A stretch of DNA of 64,000 nucleotides from contig JAWMAR010001270.1 of assembly GCA_036785375.1 (NCBI GenBank), positions 124,001 through 188,000 of the forward strand. The letters are read 5' to 3'. This document shows, one piece after another, positions 46,968 through 62,100 of the stretch (within the stretch, counting starts at the first letter, position 1; every line of letters starts with the position of its first letter). Source of the DNA: Leucoraja ocellata. Lineage: Eukaryota. The notes beneath the pieces were generated by a model that searched no databases, was not told where the DNA came from, and saw only the letters and a program-made list of their open reading frames with translations. Made by a program: the position numbers and the translations under genes.

Positions 46968-49900
46968 GCAGTAGGCCACAGCGTACTGCAGCCTGCCCAA
47001 ATCCACAATTGTATCTATTTAAATTATTGACTCAATACAGCACCAGCCTTCAAAACGCAAGAATGTCTGGAATGAACCTGTCAATTATCATATCCCTGTG
47101 TCACAGCCATTCAAATTCGATATTGATTAACGCGAATTACAAGCTGTGTGGTCAACCAATTTGAGACAGTCCTTACATTCCTATCTAAACAAACTTCCTG
47201 GATTGAAGGAAACAAGGAGAATCTGCTGTGTTGGGGATAGGTTAGAAAGTTCAGATTGGATTCTAACAGGCTGGTTAAACTTTCGAGGTGGGTTGGCTTA
47301 AATAAAGATGCTGTCGCTTTAACCTCTGCTGTTGGTTCCAGACTGTCAGCACAAAGTTGGGAGCCAGGTCCGGTTGACCGGGCGGTGATAATTATGAGAA
47401 TTTACAGCTATTTGAATGCAGCAAAACTAGAGGCTTCACTCAGGAGTAGGTCGCACCTCCCCAGCTGATGGGCCCTTTTCTCGCTCTCTATCGCCCACCA
47501 TATCAGGTGGGCAAACGCAGAGCCAACCCGTAATATGAGTGGGTGCATTTTCTCAGTCAGACTTTGTCGACAGTTGGGGTGGGGGATCTGGGAGAGAGAG
47601 AGCTGGTGATGCTGCACAGATGTAACAGTTTAATAATGACCCATTAAAACCCACCCTTCAGCCATTCGGCAACCTGGGCTGATCTGATCTGACAGCCCTC
47701 TCACTAGCTCGCCGCATGCCCAATCCTAATGCAGAGCCTCCACAAAACCTTTGGGCTTCAGGTAACACCAGCAGAAAGAGCCTCTGCTAACAAGGGCAGG
47801 CAATCTGTGCTGGTCAATGTGCACTGGGCGAGATGGCTGGGGGAAATGTACTGCAACCACCGCAAACTTGGAACAGCACAGACCCTCCACTCAATCTATC
47901 CAATACTAAAAGGTGGGCATTTCGCAGTTAAATGTCTTATATTGGATTGGAAGCTTCTTCACAGGGCCAACCCTTTACTCATTTTTTCTCTGAGATTAAT
48001 CTTTGCCTGAATGGTACATTCACACCGCCTGTAGGTAAAGCATCAGCCCACATCACACCGATACAGTCGCTGCCTGCCTCAGATTAAATATATGTTTACA
48101 CATAAATTATGAATAAGACAATGTTTCAAACATGTAATATTTTCTTATTTCAGTACATATTAAGGATTCAATGAAAATAATAAATTATTTTTGAATATCT
48201 CACAATTGCAGATTAATGAACTGAACTAGAACTGGGACTGTGTAAGTAGTGTGTGAACAACAGAACAAGAAAGGAAGAAAATGAGTTGACAGAATTCTAG
48301 ATTAATTCCTTGGTAGAATAGTAAACGATTTATGCACAGTTTATACAGTGCTGTGTTTGCTTTTATTATCACGAATGACCTTTGACAAATCCCATAATTC
48401 CTTACGTTTATCAAGATACCGAACTCGCTTATCCTACAAGGGATGCACAACCGAAACATAAGAATTACCTTTCAGGCAATTACAGTGCAATTGGGGAGAT
48501 AGTTATACACATGAGAACCTCGTTACCGAGTTCCTAGCATGAAGAGTTATCCCGGATTTTCTCGATTCATCTGCGCAAACGATTGCTTTTCAATTTTAGA
48601 CCGCAATGTATCTCAGGTCGAAAGTTTTCATCTGGTGAAAGGGAGGAGACCAAGCTCTATTTCTCACCCTTCCATGCAAAATTGAATCAAATCCATTATG
48701 AAAGGAGAATACTGGAAGTACTTAGTAAACCCACAACATCCGTGAAAACAGAGCATTCTATGTATTTATAATGGATTTTGTGTATCTGTTTGTTTAATCG
48801 AATCACATTATCAGTCTCTGTCATGTGATGGATCTTTACTTTTGTTGTCTGGTGTGGTATAATGCTCATAATATTAACCAGAAAATGCACATTGTGATAT
48901 TAGAAATTTGACAATAAGGCCGTAAAAGTTGTCTTCTGTGTCCTGGTTCTGTGGACCAGAAAGAACAAGCAGAATTTTCAATCCTCTCAGTCTAGTTACA
49001 GAGTGCATGCATGTACATTTCAGTTAAAGTCGAATCACAGTTCAGTTAATGTCGAATACGAAAGGGTTAATAGAACAATGAACAACCAAGCTGCAAAAAA
49101 AAAACGAGGTCCTGCAGCCAAAAATACAATTTCAGCAAGGATTGGAATGAAGCACTAATTCCATTTGTCTGAGTATTCGCGGATTGCTTCGGTGTGAGAG
49201 ATTCATACTCTCCAACCTTCTGGATGAAAAATTGCTTCCTGTTGAATGTTGAATGGCCCGATCTTATTTCCAAAATTACCTCTCACTCTGTGGATCCATC
49301 ATCAGAAAAATAATTGCGATTTCATAACCTCCTACCTCTGCTGGAGGAGTGGGCTCCTCCTGGTGGCTTCACAGAATATTGCAGACGTTTATCACCTATC
49401 CCCAACATCATGAGTAAATTTCGCCAGCGAGAGAGGATGTTGCAGAACTCTCGTCGGCGCTTCTTCCACCTAGGCCGCAAATCCAATATCCATATGTTAG
49501 TTGCTACCAACATTTCAGCACTCCCACATTCCCGAAGCGGATGATTGCATAGTACTCATCGTACTGCCCCTATCTGTATGTCATCTGCCAGGCTCAATTT
49601 GAAGAAGGGTTTCCGCCCGAAACGTTGCCTATTTCCCTCGCTCCATAGATGCTGCTGCACCCGCTGAGTTTCTCCAGCATTTTTGTCCACCTTCGATTTT
49701 CCAGCATCTGCAGTTCCTTCTTAAACAATTCACTTGATCTAATTTCATTCTACACTATAATTTATTATACATTTTTTCTTCACAATGACAATAGTTGAGC
49801 AAAACCACTTGGTCTTCTTCTTCTTGCGTATGACGTGCACAGCCTAAAGTTGTAGGACAACTTGGTCTATTTAATCTTATTTGATTTTGCACGCATTCAT

Positions 49901-49972
49901 TGAAACAGGGCGGACCACGTGAAGGTTGCAATCTTCCACCACTACCACTTGACCAATTCATTAGGTTTATAG

Positions 49973-50100
49973 NNNNNNNNNNNNNNNNNNNNNNNNNNNN
50001 NNNNNNNNNNNNNNNNNNNNNNNNNNNNNNNNNNNNNNNNNNNNNNNNNNNNNNNNNNNNNNNNNNNNNNNNNNNNNNNNNNNNNNNNNNNNNNNNNNNN
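49973..50100. other. Assembly gap (N run) at the AAT microsatellite position
   Basis: N bases. Confidence 1.
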
Positions 50101-53100
50101 AAAAACAACCACTGTTGCAACAAAGTGCTGTACATGACTAATCATGGACAAACAATTATTACACGACAATAAAAACATTAAAAGAGAGTACAAACAATAA
50201 AATTAAAACCATTAAAAGCACTAAAACAGGAGCAAAGTCTCAAGCAGGGTCAAAAGCCAAGGAATATAAATGTGTTTTAATACTGGTTAATAATAATGGA
50301 GAAGAAGCACATACATTGGGGAGTGGACATGGAACGGTGGAGCGGGGTGATGAGTCAAGTAACACGAGGGGGGATAGAAAATGTGAAAATGGGAGAGATA
50401 CGCTGGGTGGACTTGTACGAGTGAGAAAGACACACAGGGCCAGTGGGTTACATGTAAGTGGAAAGATCAGTGTTCATGCCACTGAGTGGCATGTTCTGTC
50501 TAAGCGGTATGAACATTGACTTCTCTAACTTCAACTAACCATTGCTTTCCCTCTCTATCCATCCCTCCCCCTTCCCAGTTCTTCGACCAGTCTTCCTGTC
50601 TCCAACTACATTTTATCTTTGTTTGCTTTGTTGTTACCTTCTCTCGGCTAACAATGATCTATTCTACATTGCCCTTGATCTCCATTCCCTTTGCCCTGTT
50701 TTCACAACTTCAAACTTCCTTATCTATCTATATCCCTCCCCCCTGACGTCAGTCTGAAGAAGGTCTAGACCTGAAACGTTACTCATTCCTTCTCTCTACC
50801 TGTCCCTCTGAGTTACTCCAGCATTCTGTGTCTATCTCTGGTTTATAGAGAACCGGCCTCCACCACCTTCTGAGGCAGAGAATTCCACAGACTCACAACT
50901 CTCTGTATGAAAAAGGTATTCTTCATCTCCGTTCTAAATGGCTTACCCCTTATTCTTAAACTGTGACCCCTGGTTCTGGACTCCCTCAAAATCGGGAACA
51001 TGTTTCCTGCCTCTAGCTTGTCCAATCTTATATGTTTCAATAAAACGCACTCCCATCCTAAATGCCAGAGTATACAAGCCCAGCGGCTCCATTCTATCAA
51101 CATATGATAATCCCACCATCCCGGGAATTAACCTGGTGAACCTACGCTGCACTCCCTCAATAGCAAGAATGCCCTTCCTCAGATTTGGAGACCAAAACTG
51201 CAATAAATATTCCAGGTGTGGTCTCACTAGTGCCCTGTACAACAGCAGAAAGACCTCTTTGCTCCTGTACTCAATTCCTCTTGTTATGAAGGCCATTTGC
51301 TTTCTTCACTGCCTACTGTACCTACATGCTTACTTTCAGTGACTGATGAACAAGGACCCCCCAGATCCTGTTGTACTTCCCTTTTTCCCAACTTGACACC
51401 ATATAGATAATAACCTGCCTTCCTGTTTTGCCACCAAAGTGGATAACCTCACATTTATCCACATAAAACGGCATCTGCCATGCATCTGCCCACTCACCCA
51501 ACCTGTCCAAGTCATGCTGCATCCTCATAGCATCCTCCTCACAGGTCACACTGCCACCCAGCTTTGTGTCATTCGCAAATTTGCTAATGTTATTTTTCAT
51601 CCCTTCATCAAAATCATTATCGTATATTGTAAATAGCTGCAGTCCCAGCACCGAGCCTTGCGGTACCCCACTAGTCACTGCCTACCATTCTGTAAGGGAC
51701 CCGTTAATCCCTACTCTTTTCCTGTCTGCTAACCAATTTTCTATCCATCAGCACTCTACCACCAATACCATGTGCCCTAATTTTGCCCACTAAGCTCCTA
51801 TGTGGGGCCTTATCAAATGCTTTCTGAAAGTCCAGGTACACTACATCCACTGGCTCTCCCTTGTCTATTTTCCCAGTTAAATCCTCAAAAAATTCCAGAA
51901 GATTAGTCTAGCATGATTTCCCCTTCGTAAAACCATGCTGACTCTGACTGATCCTGCTACTGTTATCCAAATGTGTGGCTATTTCATATTTTATAATTAA
52001 TTCCAGCATCTTCCCCACCACCGATGTCAGACTAACTGGTCTATAAATCCCTGTTTTCTCCCTCCCGCCTTTCTTAAACAGTGGGATAACATTAGCTACC
52101 CTCCAATCCACAGGAACTGATCCTGAATCTACAGAACATTGGAAAATAATCACCAATGCGTCCATGATTTCCAGAGCCACCTCCTTAAGTACCCTGGGAT
52201 GCAGGTCATCGGGCCCTGGGGATTTATCAATCTTAAGTCCCATCAGTCTACCCAACACCATTTCCTGCCTAATGTGCATTTCCTTCAGTTCCTCCGTCAC
52301 CCTAGATCTTATGGCCACTGGTACATCAGGGAGATTGTTTGTGTCCTCCTTAGTGAAGATGGATCCAAAGTACCTGTTCAACTCGTCTGCAATTTCCTTG
52401 TTCCCCATAATAAATTCACCTTTCTCAGTCTTCAATGGTCCAACTTTGATCCTAACTTTTTTTTTCCTCTTCACATACCTAAATAACCTTTTAATATCCT
52501 CCTTTATATTCTGGGCCATCTTACCTTCGTACCTCATCTTTTCTCCCCGTATTGCCTTTTTAGTTATCTTCTGTTGCTCATTAAACGTTTCCCAATCTTC
52601 TGGCTTCCTGTTCATCTATGCTATTTTATGTCTTCTCTTTTATTTTTATATTGTCCCTGACTTCCCTTGTCAGCCACGGTCGCCCCTTACTCCCCTTGGA
52701 ATCTTTCTTGCTCTTTGGAATGAACTGATCCTGCACCTTCAGTATTATTCCAAGAAATACCTGCCATTGTTGAATCCATTGCCATCCCTGCTAGGGTATC
52801 TTTCCAGTCAACTTTGGCCAGCTCTTCCCTCATCGCTTCATAATCCCCTTTGTTCAACTGTAATACTGACACCTCCGATTTATCCTTCACCCTCTCAAAT
52901 TGTAGATTAAAATTTATCAGATTATGGTCACCACCTCCTAATGGCTCCTTGACATCGAGTTCCCTTTATCAAATGCGGTTTATTACACAACACTAAATCC
53001 AAAATTGCCTTCTCCCTGGTAGGTTCCAGTACAAGCTGCTCTAAGAATCCATCTCGGAGGCACTCCACAAACTCACTATATTTCTATATATTATGTCGTT

Positions 53101-53133
53101 CACATTTCCCCTGTTTCTCTCTTGATCCATAAG

Positions 53134-53232
53134 ATGCAGATAAAAACCTAATTATCGGATGCGCAGTGGGTGTCTTGGCAGTTTTAATTTTGGCCATTAT
53201 CTTGATAAGGCTCCAATTAAAGGCACAAAATG
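53134..53232 (+). pseudogene. Orphan TM exon 3, duplicate copy
   Basis: Copy of 11931-12029. Confidence 0.65.
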
Positions 53233-54442
53233 GTGAGAACACATCTTACGGTATTCTCGGTCTTAATCATAATGGTGGTTAAAAAAAACAAGGGCAGTAA
53301 ATGCTATTCGATTGCAAAACAATAAAACAATTGAGAATAAAACTGACCATTAACAATGACAAAAATAAATCTCAAGATATAAATCTTACATCTTCCCATG
53401 TCAATGTTTCAATCGTCGTATATTTTTGTTGTCTCCATCGGTTACTGAATTCACCGAAATTCGGTAGTGGTGCCGAAGCCGACGGATATTAAGCAGAGTG
53501 CAGTGATAACACTTTCAATCTACCAAGTATGCAATGGGGTCAAGGAAGGAGCGTTCACGTCGCGGCCCTGTTTCCACCAATCTTTCCACCACCACGCACT
53601 AGAAGAACAAGAACAGACACCATTGTATGCAGATGCCGAGACGTGTGTTCAACTCTGGATGAACATCTTGTGTGTGGTCTCGATAAGAAGAGTACGCAAT
53701 GTTGGATGATTTCAGCCCAAGGACACTATGAACAACTCTATTTCCGAGCGACCATTGATTTCCTGACAATTGTGCAGGCAGGTTCAACGTAGAATCTACC
53801 CCATGGGAATATAGGTTAAACTGTCTATCAGCGAATCTCAAAATTGCACTTTGCATTATCAGCATTTTTAATACGTAATATTAAATGTTTGCTACTTTAA
53901 GTTTACTGTTCGTCTGCCCCCTAAAGCAGATTCCATTTACGTTCATACAAATGATCGGCAATAACGAAGAAAGCTAATGTTGTTCTGTGGGCCAGTAATG
54001 ATTAGAAGCACCGAAGATCAACACTAAGTGAAATCAGGGAAAGAAAATTAATGAAGAATGGCAAAAAAAAATCTGATAACATTTTGCTACCGGCAGATCA
54101 CTGGAAGATCGCTAACTCAACTAAACAACACTAAAACACACAATAATCCACCCCAGCAGTAGCGCGCAATACAGTTTTAGAATAAACTACTGTTTTCTCA
54201 ACTCATTAGAAGCAGTTCCCCAACTTGCAGTAAAGCACTTTTATTCCCGTGCCCGTGTATCATTAAAGGTGACGGATAACAATTCCATATTTGTTTGCAC
54301 GTTGGTGCAGTCTCATGGATTAGTATGAATCCTGAAATGTATATACATTCTCTTTGAGACTGGTAGTATTTTGTTACAAAATCGTATTCTTTGTGCCACC
54401 AGAGGGTAATTGACTAATGGCCGATATAAATTACTTTCACAG

Positions 54443-54592
54443 ACTAAAGATGATAGATTCTACGTTATATCATGTCGATTTGCAGTTACTCAACTCCAAT
54501 CAGCAGTAACATTTAACCAGAAAGAGGAACATGTACCTTATGCAGATGGAAATGTTTTAAAGAAGGAGCGAAGCTGGGAATCGAAGCTGTAG
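54443..54592 (+). pseudogene. Orphan terminal exon, duplicate copy (reads 7 codons further)
   Basis: Copy of 13245-13373 with CGA in place of TGA; corresponds to ORF track 54410..54592. Confidence 0.6.
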
Positions 54593-57500
54593 ACTGTGAA
54601 TATTTGCAGGCGGAAATATTGCTACTTTCTGATCATTGCAGCCAAGCTAAGGAACTCCCATGGTAACAATCGTTGGAGCTGCAGGTCGTTTTCACCTGCA
54701 TTGAGTCAATGTTTTGGTGTAAATGACCATCATCTAACAAGCATCCAACACTTTCTGAAAGCAGGGATGAAAGTGCCAGTTTGCATTTGGTGTATTTTAA
54801 AAATCGTGTTTGTTTATTTTACTTCTGTTCTCAAATGTGAATAATTTCGCTGGTGCTTTGTGAAGAAACTATGGCCACGTCCGTTCGTGATAACATGTCA
54901 CTTAATGATGTCTGATTTAAAAAAAAAATCCGCCGATTATTCAGTTGTGCAACCAATATATTTTCCCTTCATTAAATTCCATGCTTTTTCAATGCACCTG
55001 AGCCTTTGTCCTCTCATTTGTTTCGAAATACACTAACGTCAACACAAACCAGAGAAGGAAATCCGAAGAAACCCATCAACCAATCAAGTGCACTACCATT
55101 GAATACACTTGTAATGAAATGGTATTAGTCAGTCATGTGATGATAGCCTGGCGGAGCAAAGCGCCTCAGTGAGGTCAGTGGCATAGCCACCTACAGTGGA
55201 ACAGAAGATGTAAGTTCTGTCAGGTGCCAGTTCTGCACGGATGGTTCCATTTGCCCAGACATTACTGTTGGTAACTTCATATGTTCCACGTAAAAAGCAA
55301 AGCAAATCAGTACGTGCATCAGCATGTAGTGACTGGAAGCACCAGCAGACCTTGGCGGACTGAGCACACACACGCGCGCATACACACACACCCTTCCCTT
55401 CTTACATATACAACCGCCGCCTTCTCGACATGACAATTTCACCCATCAACTGCATCCACCTATCACTGGATCGGTTTTGGCCCACCCCAGCTATCTTCCA
55501 GCTTAATCCACACTATTCTGAAGAAGGGTTCTAACCTGACACGTCGTCTGCCCATTCCCTCCACAGATGCTGCATCGCCTGCTGAGTTCCTCCAGCGCTT
55601 TGCTGTTTTTCTCATGATCCCAGCAATGACAGTCTCAAATATCTTAATGTGTAGTAACCGTCCATGCAGCTCCCTGCGGACTGTGTTCTGGATGCTGAAA
55701 CAGTGCGCCCACTTGTCACTGTATTCATCCTGTACGTCCCATTATGAACTCAATCAGATAAATAGATGGAAAACTAATGTCATTTAATCAAATACGATTG
55801 ATTCGTCTTGGATGAATTATGATTTTCAACAGATCCTGATAATTCATTACGAAAAAATATATGGTGTCACAAGAGACTGAAGGTGCTGGAATCTTGAACT
55901 GCAAGAAATCAGCAGGCAGGCAAAATCTGTGGAGGCAAATGGAGAGACGACCTCGCGGATTGGATCCCGTCTTCAGACTGACCTTCAGAAATGTATGTCA
56001 CTTGGTCACTTACATAGGTAGATTTCTGTTTACATTAAATCCATTGTGCTGTATTCAACTAAAGGTGTGAATTAAATCGTCCACACTGGATGGTGATGCA
56101 ACTTAATAAATATCAAGACTGTGCACAAATTGCAAACTGTTTATGATTCTTTCCACTGATGCACCTATGACATAGTGAAATAATGTGAATGCCAGAGTGT
56201 GCCACAGGCCATATGTATACTCTTGCTCTTGGGATAATGTGGCAATTTATTCGTGTTTGCCTATCCCTTCTCGCTTCTCAATAGCGCGATTTCCCCTTAT
56301 CTGAAATTATAATCTACTGCTCATGTGAATAGTTTAATAACATTAACTCTTGTGAATGAGTTTAACTTGTCATAAGGTCATAAGTGATAGGAATAGAATT
56401 AGGCCATTCGTCCCATCAAGTCTACTGCGCCATTCAATCATGGGTGATCTATCTCTCCCTCCTAACTCCACTCTCCTGTCTTCTCCCCATAACCCCTGAC
56501 ACCTGAATTTCCATGAACTTGTGCCACCGACTCAAGCAGCGGGCCACATACCTGCAAATCTGGATAATTTATTTCAAAATCAAGTATCCACAAGATTGAC
56601 CAGGACAATTATCTGCAAATTCTCTTCGCTAAGTACTATTCCTAATGACCACAGGAAATCGATTTCCCACAGTTTAATAGCGAAGCATAAACCTCCGCAT
56701 AAACCTACCAGATCTCCCATTACTAAACACGTTAACACCCCCTTCAGAGTGGGGCTCAGTGCAAATTGGAGGAAGAGCACCGACTATTTCGCTTGGGAAG
56801 CTTCCCCTACAGCGGTATGAATATTGACCTCCAACTTCAAGTAACCCACCTCTCAACCAATACTAATATTGGTGGCCAGTGGGGGGGGGGGGGGGGGGGG
56901 GGGGGCTTTCTGGAGCGCTAGTATGGTGTTGTAGGCTGAAGGGACTGGTTTCCAGAGGGTTAGTATGGACACAGTGGACCGAATGGATTCTTGGGCTGGC
57001 GGCTCAGTCACACATGCCTGTTGTGCTGGCAGCTCACTCACTCACGGCTGGTGGGCTGGCAGTTGACTCACTGCTATTCCTTGAAATTCCATTTCAAGCA
57101 GGGTGCAAGGCCACCAAATTCAAGTGCAATTTCATACCATTTCAAACAGGGTGCACGGCCACTAAAGACAGCAGTCGTCACCTCTCCCTCCTACATCTTG
57201 CAGAGACTGAGCCACGCCCACACTTCTGGGTATTATAGTCCCTCCCACGCCCCTCCCACCAGAAGGGGCGGGGCCTTCATGGCGTAATTAACAGGAGAGA
57301 GAATATGAACATTTTTTAAAACACTAATAATAACTCTTTTATTTTTCATCGATGGGAAAAATCCTCTGCACCTGATGAGTGGAGGGTTACTCTGAGTGAG
57401 ATGTCCAAAGATCACAGCCGTACGTGGTAGCTTTGTTTCTAAAAGCAATACAAAGCGTAAACGGGAAGTGGTCAAGATTAGACATTTATTATATAGAAGG

Positions 57501-59056
57501 CAAGGCAACTTTAATTGGGCACGGCAACTTTAATTGGGCAAGGCAACTTTAATTAGGCAAGGCAGCTTTAATTAGACAAGGCAACTTTAATTATGCAACT
57601 TTAATTAGGCAAGGCAACTTTAATTAGGCAACACAGCTTTAGCATTTCCAAACCAAAGGCAGACACAGATTTAGCATTTCCAAACTATATTTTCAAACCA
57701 CATTAAGGGCACTGACAGGTCAGTAAAACCACTCACAGTTTAGTAGACATGTGTTCAGTTTTATTTACAGTTCAGATTGAGAGACATCACCCTCTCGCTC
57801 CCCCATCTTGCAGAGACTGACTGAGGCACTAAACACTTCCGGGTTTCATAGTCCCTTCAGCAGAGAGAATCTCAACATTTTTAAAAACACTAATAACTCT
57901 TTTATTTTTAATCGATGGGAAAAATCATCTTGTCCTGCGCAGCGGAAGGGGACTCTAAGTAAGATGGCCAAAAATCACAGCCATCAGTGGCAGCGTTTTT
58001 TCTAAAAATCAATATATAGAACAACAGGAAGTGGTCAAGATCAGACTTTTAGTAATATAGATATATGTGTGTGTGTAAATGTATGTTTTATATACACACA
58101 CTAGACTCTTTTCCCGTTTATTGTATTGCTCACAGTGTACTATGTTTACATATTCTGTTGTGCTACTGGAAATAAGATTGTCGTTGTTCTATCTGGGACA
58201 TATGACAATAAAACGCTCTTGACGTGTTTTCTTCTGAGACTGGCCACCTAGCTGAAGAATTGGAAATTACGAGAAGCACGGATAGTGTTTTCGTCGGAAC
58301 ATATGAAAGATAGGAAGGTATTGCTTTAACATCTAAGGTGTAGAGTTATGCTGGGCCAGGTTTTGACGCAGAAAGTGCCTAGAACGCATTACCAGGGATG
58401 CTGGAAGAAGAGAAGACAGCAGTTTTTAAAGAGTCTTTTCGATAGGCATATAAATATGTACGAAGGAACTGCAGATGCTGGTTTAAACCGAAGATAGACA
58501 CAAAAAGCTTGAGAACAGCGGGACAGACAGCATCTCTGGAGAGATGGAATGGGTGACGTTTCGCGTCGAGACCCTTCTTCAGAAATATTGCAGGCAGAGT
58601 GGGATGTGGATCATATGCAGATAGAGGAGATTAGTTTATCTTCGCATCATGTTCCGCGTAGAGGTACTAGGCCGAGAGACCCATTGCAGTGTTTAACTGT
58701 TGTATATTTTATAATCTATTTGCTTTCGGAGACCTGAGTTCGATTCTCACTACTTCATCTGCGAATTATAAATCTGCTTATTTAAATTAAATTATGTATA
58801 TGCGTATACGCCGTCCTTGCTCTGCTCTTTTTTAGATGCCTCTTATTTGTTTCATCAGGACGAAGCGTATGCCCTTCCGAATCAGATATCTTTTAGACTT
58901 CTGCTTGTAATTAGCAAACACGAATGTGTCCATGCCAGCTTCTGCAACGTTTCTAAAAAAAAGATGCATCGAAACTAAGTTTTTTCCATCGTCTACTGAC
59001 TAACTAATCATCTACTGACTAACTAACTGACCACTGCATTTCTAGCTTGACAAAAT

Positions 59057-59129
59057 AGAAATAACACACAGCATGAAAATAGAACTGTTCTCGCGAGTCT
59101 GCTGGCGACGTCATGGAAAGGCTTGCGGT
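59057..59129 (+). promoter_or_regulatory. Same upstream element in front of gene A'
   Basis: Duplicate of 17877-17949 with all three motifs retained. Confidence 0.42.
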
Positions 59130-62100
59130 CGAATGCTGTGCCTATCTGAAACAAACAAGTCACGGACGGCTCGCGTTATCATCTTAAGTGTAGAACAAGA
59201 AGTTTAATTTAAGACCATTGCTTAAAAGTCCACTTCCGTAAATGAAACATTTCTAAGGTTGTACTGTAATCTTCATTATTTCACATGTAGACACAAAATG
59301 CTGGAGTAACACAGTGGGACAGGCAGCATCACTGGAGAGAAGGAATGGGAGACGTTTCGGGTTGAAACCCTTCTTTCCTTTATTGTTCTTTCCCTAATTA
59401 TTTCGTGTTCGTTCTGGGAAAAAAATAAATACGTGGTAAACTTCATCATGGCAATTAAATGGCTGATTTTTAAATATAACCATATAATATAACTATATAA
59501 CAAGTACAGCACGGAAACAGGCCATCTCGGCCCGTCTAGTCCGTGCCGAACACTTACTCTCACCTAGTCCCATCTACCTGCACTCAGAACATAACCCTCC
59601 ATTCATTTCCGTCCATATACCTGTTTCATCATACTTGCCTGGTTGGAGTCCCGGGTATTTAATATGGTTGACGCGTTGTCACTTTTGCTCAGAAGAGCAG
59701 AGACGTGTGGTGCCTCTCCGGCATAGAGGAGCTGAAATATATCCGCGAGGGTTACTGGTCAGACTACCCCTGTGCACTTGACCTATGTGGGTGCGCTTAG
59801 TTCGTATTCCATACAACATTTGACAAGTTGTGATGATTCTATTGATAATATGAAGATATCGCCTGTAATTAGAGGCAACTTGCTGGCATTAACTATAAAG
59901 TTCATAGACTTTAGGGGCCGCTCGAATGGATAAGGAGAATGCAGATGGACTGGCAATATCTCGCAATTGATGACCGTCGGGGATATGCATTTAGTGCATT
60001 TACATCTTCAGTCTACATCTAAATTCCAGTTTTGTTTAATTTAGTTTAGAGATGCAGCGCGAAAACTGGCCCTTCGACCCATCGGGTCCGCGCCGATAAG
60101 CGATCAACGCATATTAACACTATCCTACCCACGCTAGGGACATTTTTTACATTTACCAAGCCATTTACCTACATGCCTGCACGTCTTTGGAGTGTGGGAA
60201 GAAACCGGAGAAAGAAAGCCCACGCGGTCACGGGGAGAACGTACAAACCCCGTACAGACAGTCCCCGTAGTCGGGATCGAACCCGGGTCCCCGGCGCTGC
60301 AAGTGCTGTTAGGCAGCAACTCTACCGCTGCGATCACTTGGAAACAAAGTAGCGGCAAGATAATTACTGGATAATGCTAGATTGCAGGTACTTTGTAATC
60401 TGAAATTAATCACGAAATATTGTGAATTCTAGGCGTCGAGGACAATCTGTGGAGAAAGAGAAACAGTAAATATTTCTATATTATAACAGAAATGATCAAC
60501 TCGAGACGTTAGTTCTATTTCGCAATCTGACCTGTTGCAGGATTCCAGTCAATTCCACCAAACGGGAGAAAACAGTATTTTCTTGTTAATAGCAATCCAA
60601 CACATCTTGTCGAAAGGAGAATAAAAACGCAATCTAACCAATTATTCCCATCGGGCATTGTTAATAATATTTGGAAAACGCATCTGCGATGAGGTCATCA
60701 ACAATGTAAGGGTCTAACGTTATGGAAAACAAAATTATGTTGCTCAAAGCTTTCCGCGCCTCCTGTTTACTAAATTAATCTAATTTAATGAAACTTTAAA
60801 AATATAGGAGCCATCTTGGAACCATTTAATCGAAGTTAAATTAATAATGCAAACATGATTGAAGGTAGGCATGCAGGTGCAGCAGGCAGTAAAGAAAGCG
60901 AATGGTATGTTGGCTTTCGTAGCAAAAGGATTTGAGTATAGGAGCAGGAAGGTTCTACTGCAGTTGTACCGGGTCTTGGTGAGACCACACCTGGAGTATT
61001 GCGTACAGTTTTGGTCTCCAAATCTGAGGAAGGACATTATTGTCATAGAGGGAGTGCAGAGAAGGTTCACCAGACTGATTCCTGGGATGTCAGGACTGTC
61101 TTATGAAGAAAGACTGGATAGACTTGGTTTATACTCTCTAGAATTTAGGAGATTGAGAGGGGATCTTATAGAAACTTACAAAATTCTTAAGGGGTTGGAC
61201 AGGCTAGATGCAGGAAGCTTGTTCCCGATGTTGGGGAAGTCCAGGACAAGGGGTCACAGCTTAAGGATAAGGGGGAAATCCTTTAAAACCGAGATGAGGA
61301 GAACTTTTTTCACACAGAGAGTGGTGAATCTCTGGTACTCTCTGCCACAGATGGTAGTTGAGGCCAGTTCATTGGCTATATTTAAGAGGGAGTTAGATGT
61401 GGCCCTTGTGGCCAAGGGGATCAGAGGGTATGGGGAGAAGGCAGGTACGGGATACTGAGTTGGATGATCAGCCATGATCATATTGAATGGCGGTGCAGGC
61501 TCGAAGGGCCGAATGGCACCTAATTTCTATGTTTCTATGTTTCTATGATCTTTTTCAGTATTCAGAACTGCCGCTGGTTTCTTTACACTGCTGTCTTCAC
61601 TAAAAAAGAAACAACGTGCCGCTTTAAATCTGAGTCCAGTCTTCATTATCTTCAAGACCAGCATCACAAACCGCAATGTTCTTGTTGCAGCTCTTTGTTT
61701 GAACGGTTAATGTAGACAGACTTAAAACCCGAAATTACGCAATCTTTACATGGAAGTTCAAATAGAAGCCATTTACAGAAGCAGTTTTTTTAGCAATAGT
61801 TTAGAGATACAGCGCGGAAACTGGCCCTTCGAGTCCGCGCCGACCAGCGATCACCCCGTACATTAGCACTATCCTGCACGCTAGGGACAATTTACAATCT
61901 TTACCGAAGCCAATCTTTACCGAAACATGTACGTCTTTGGAATGTGGGCGGAAACAGGAGCGCCCAGAGAAAACCCAAGCCAGTCATGGGACGAACGTAC
62001 AAACTCCATACAGACAGCACCCGCAGTCGGGATCGAACCCAGGTCTCTGGCGCTGTAAGTGCAGCAACTCTACTACTGCGATACGGTCCTGCCCGATTTC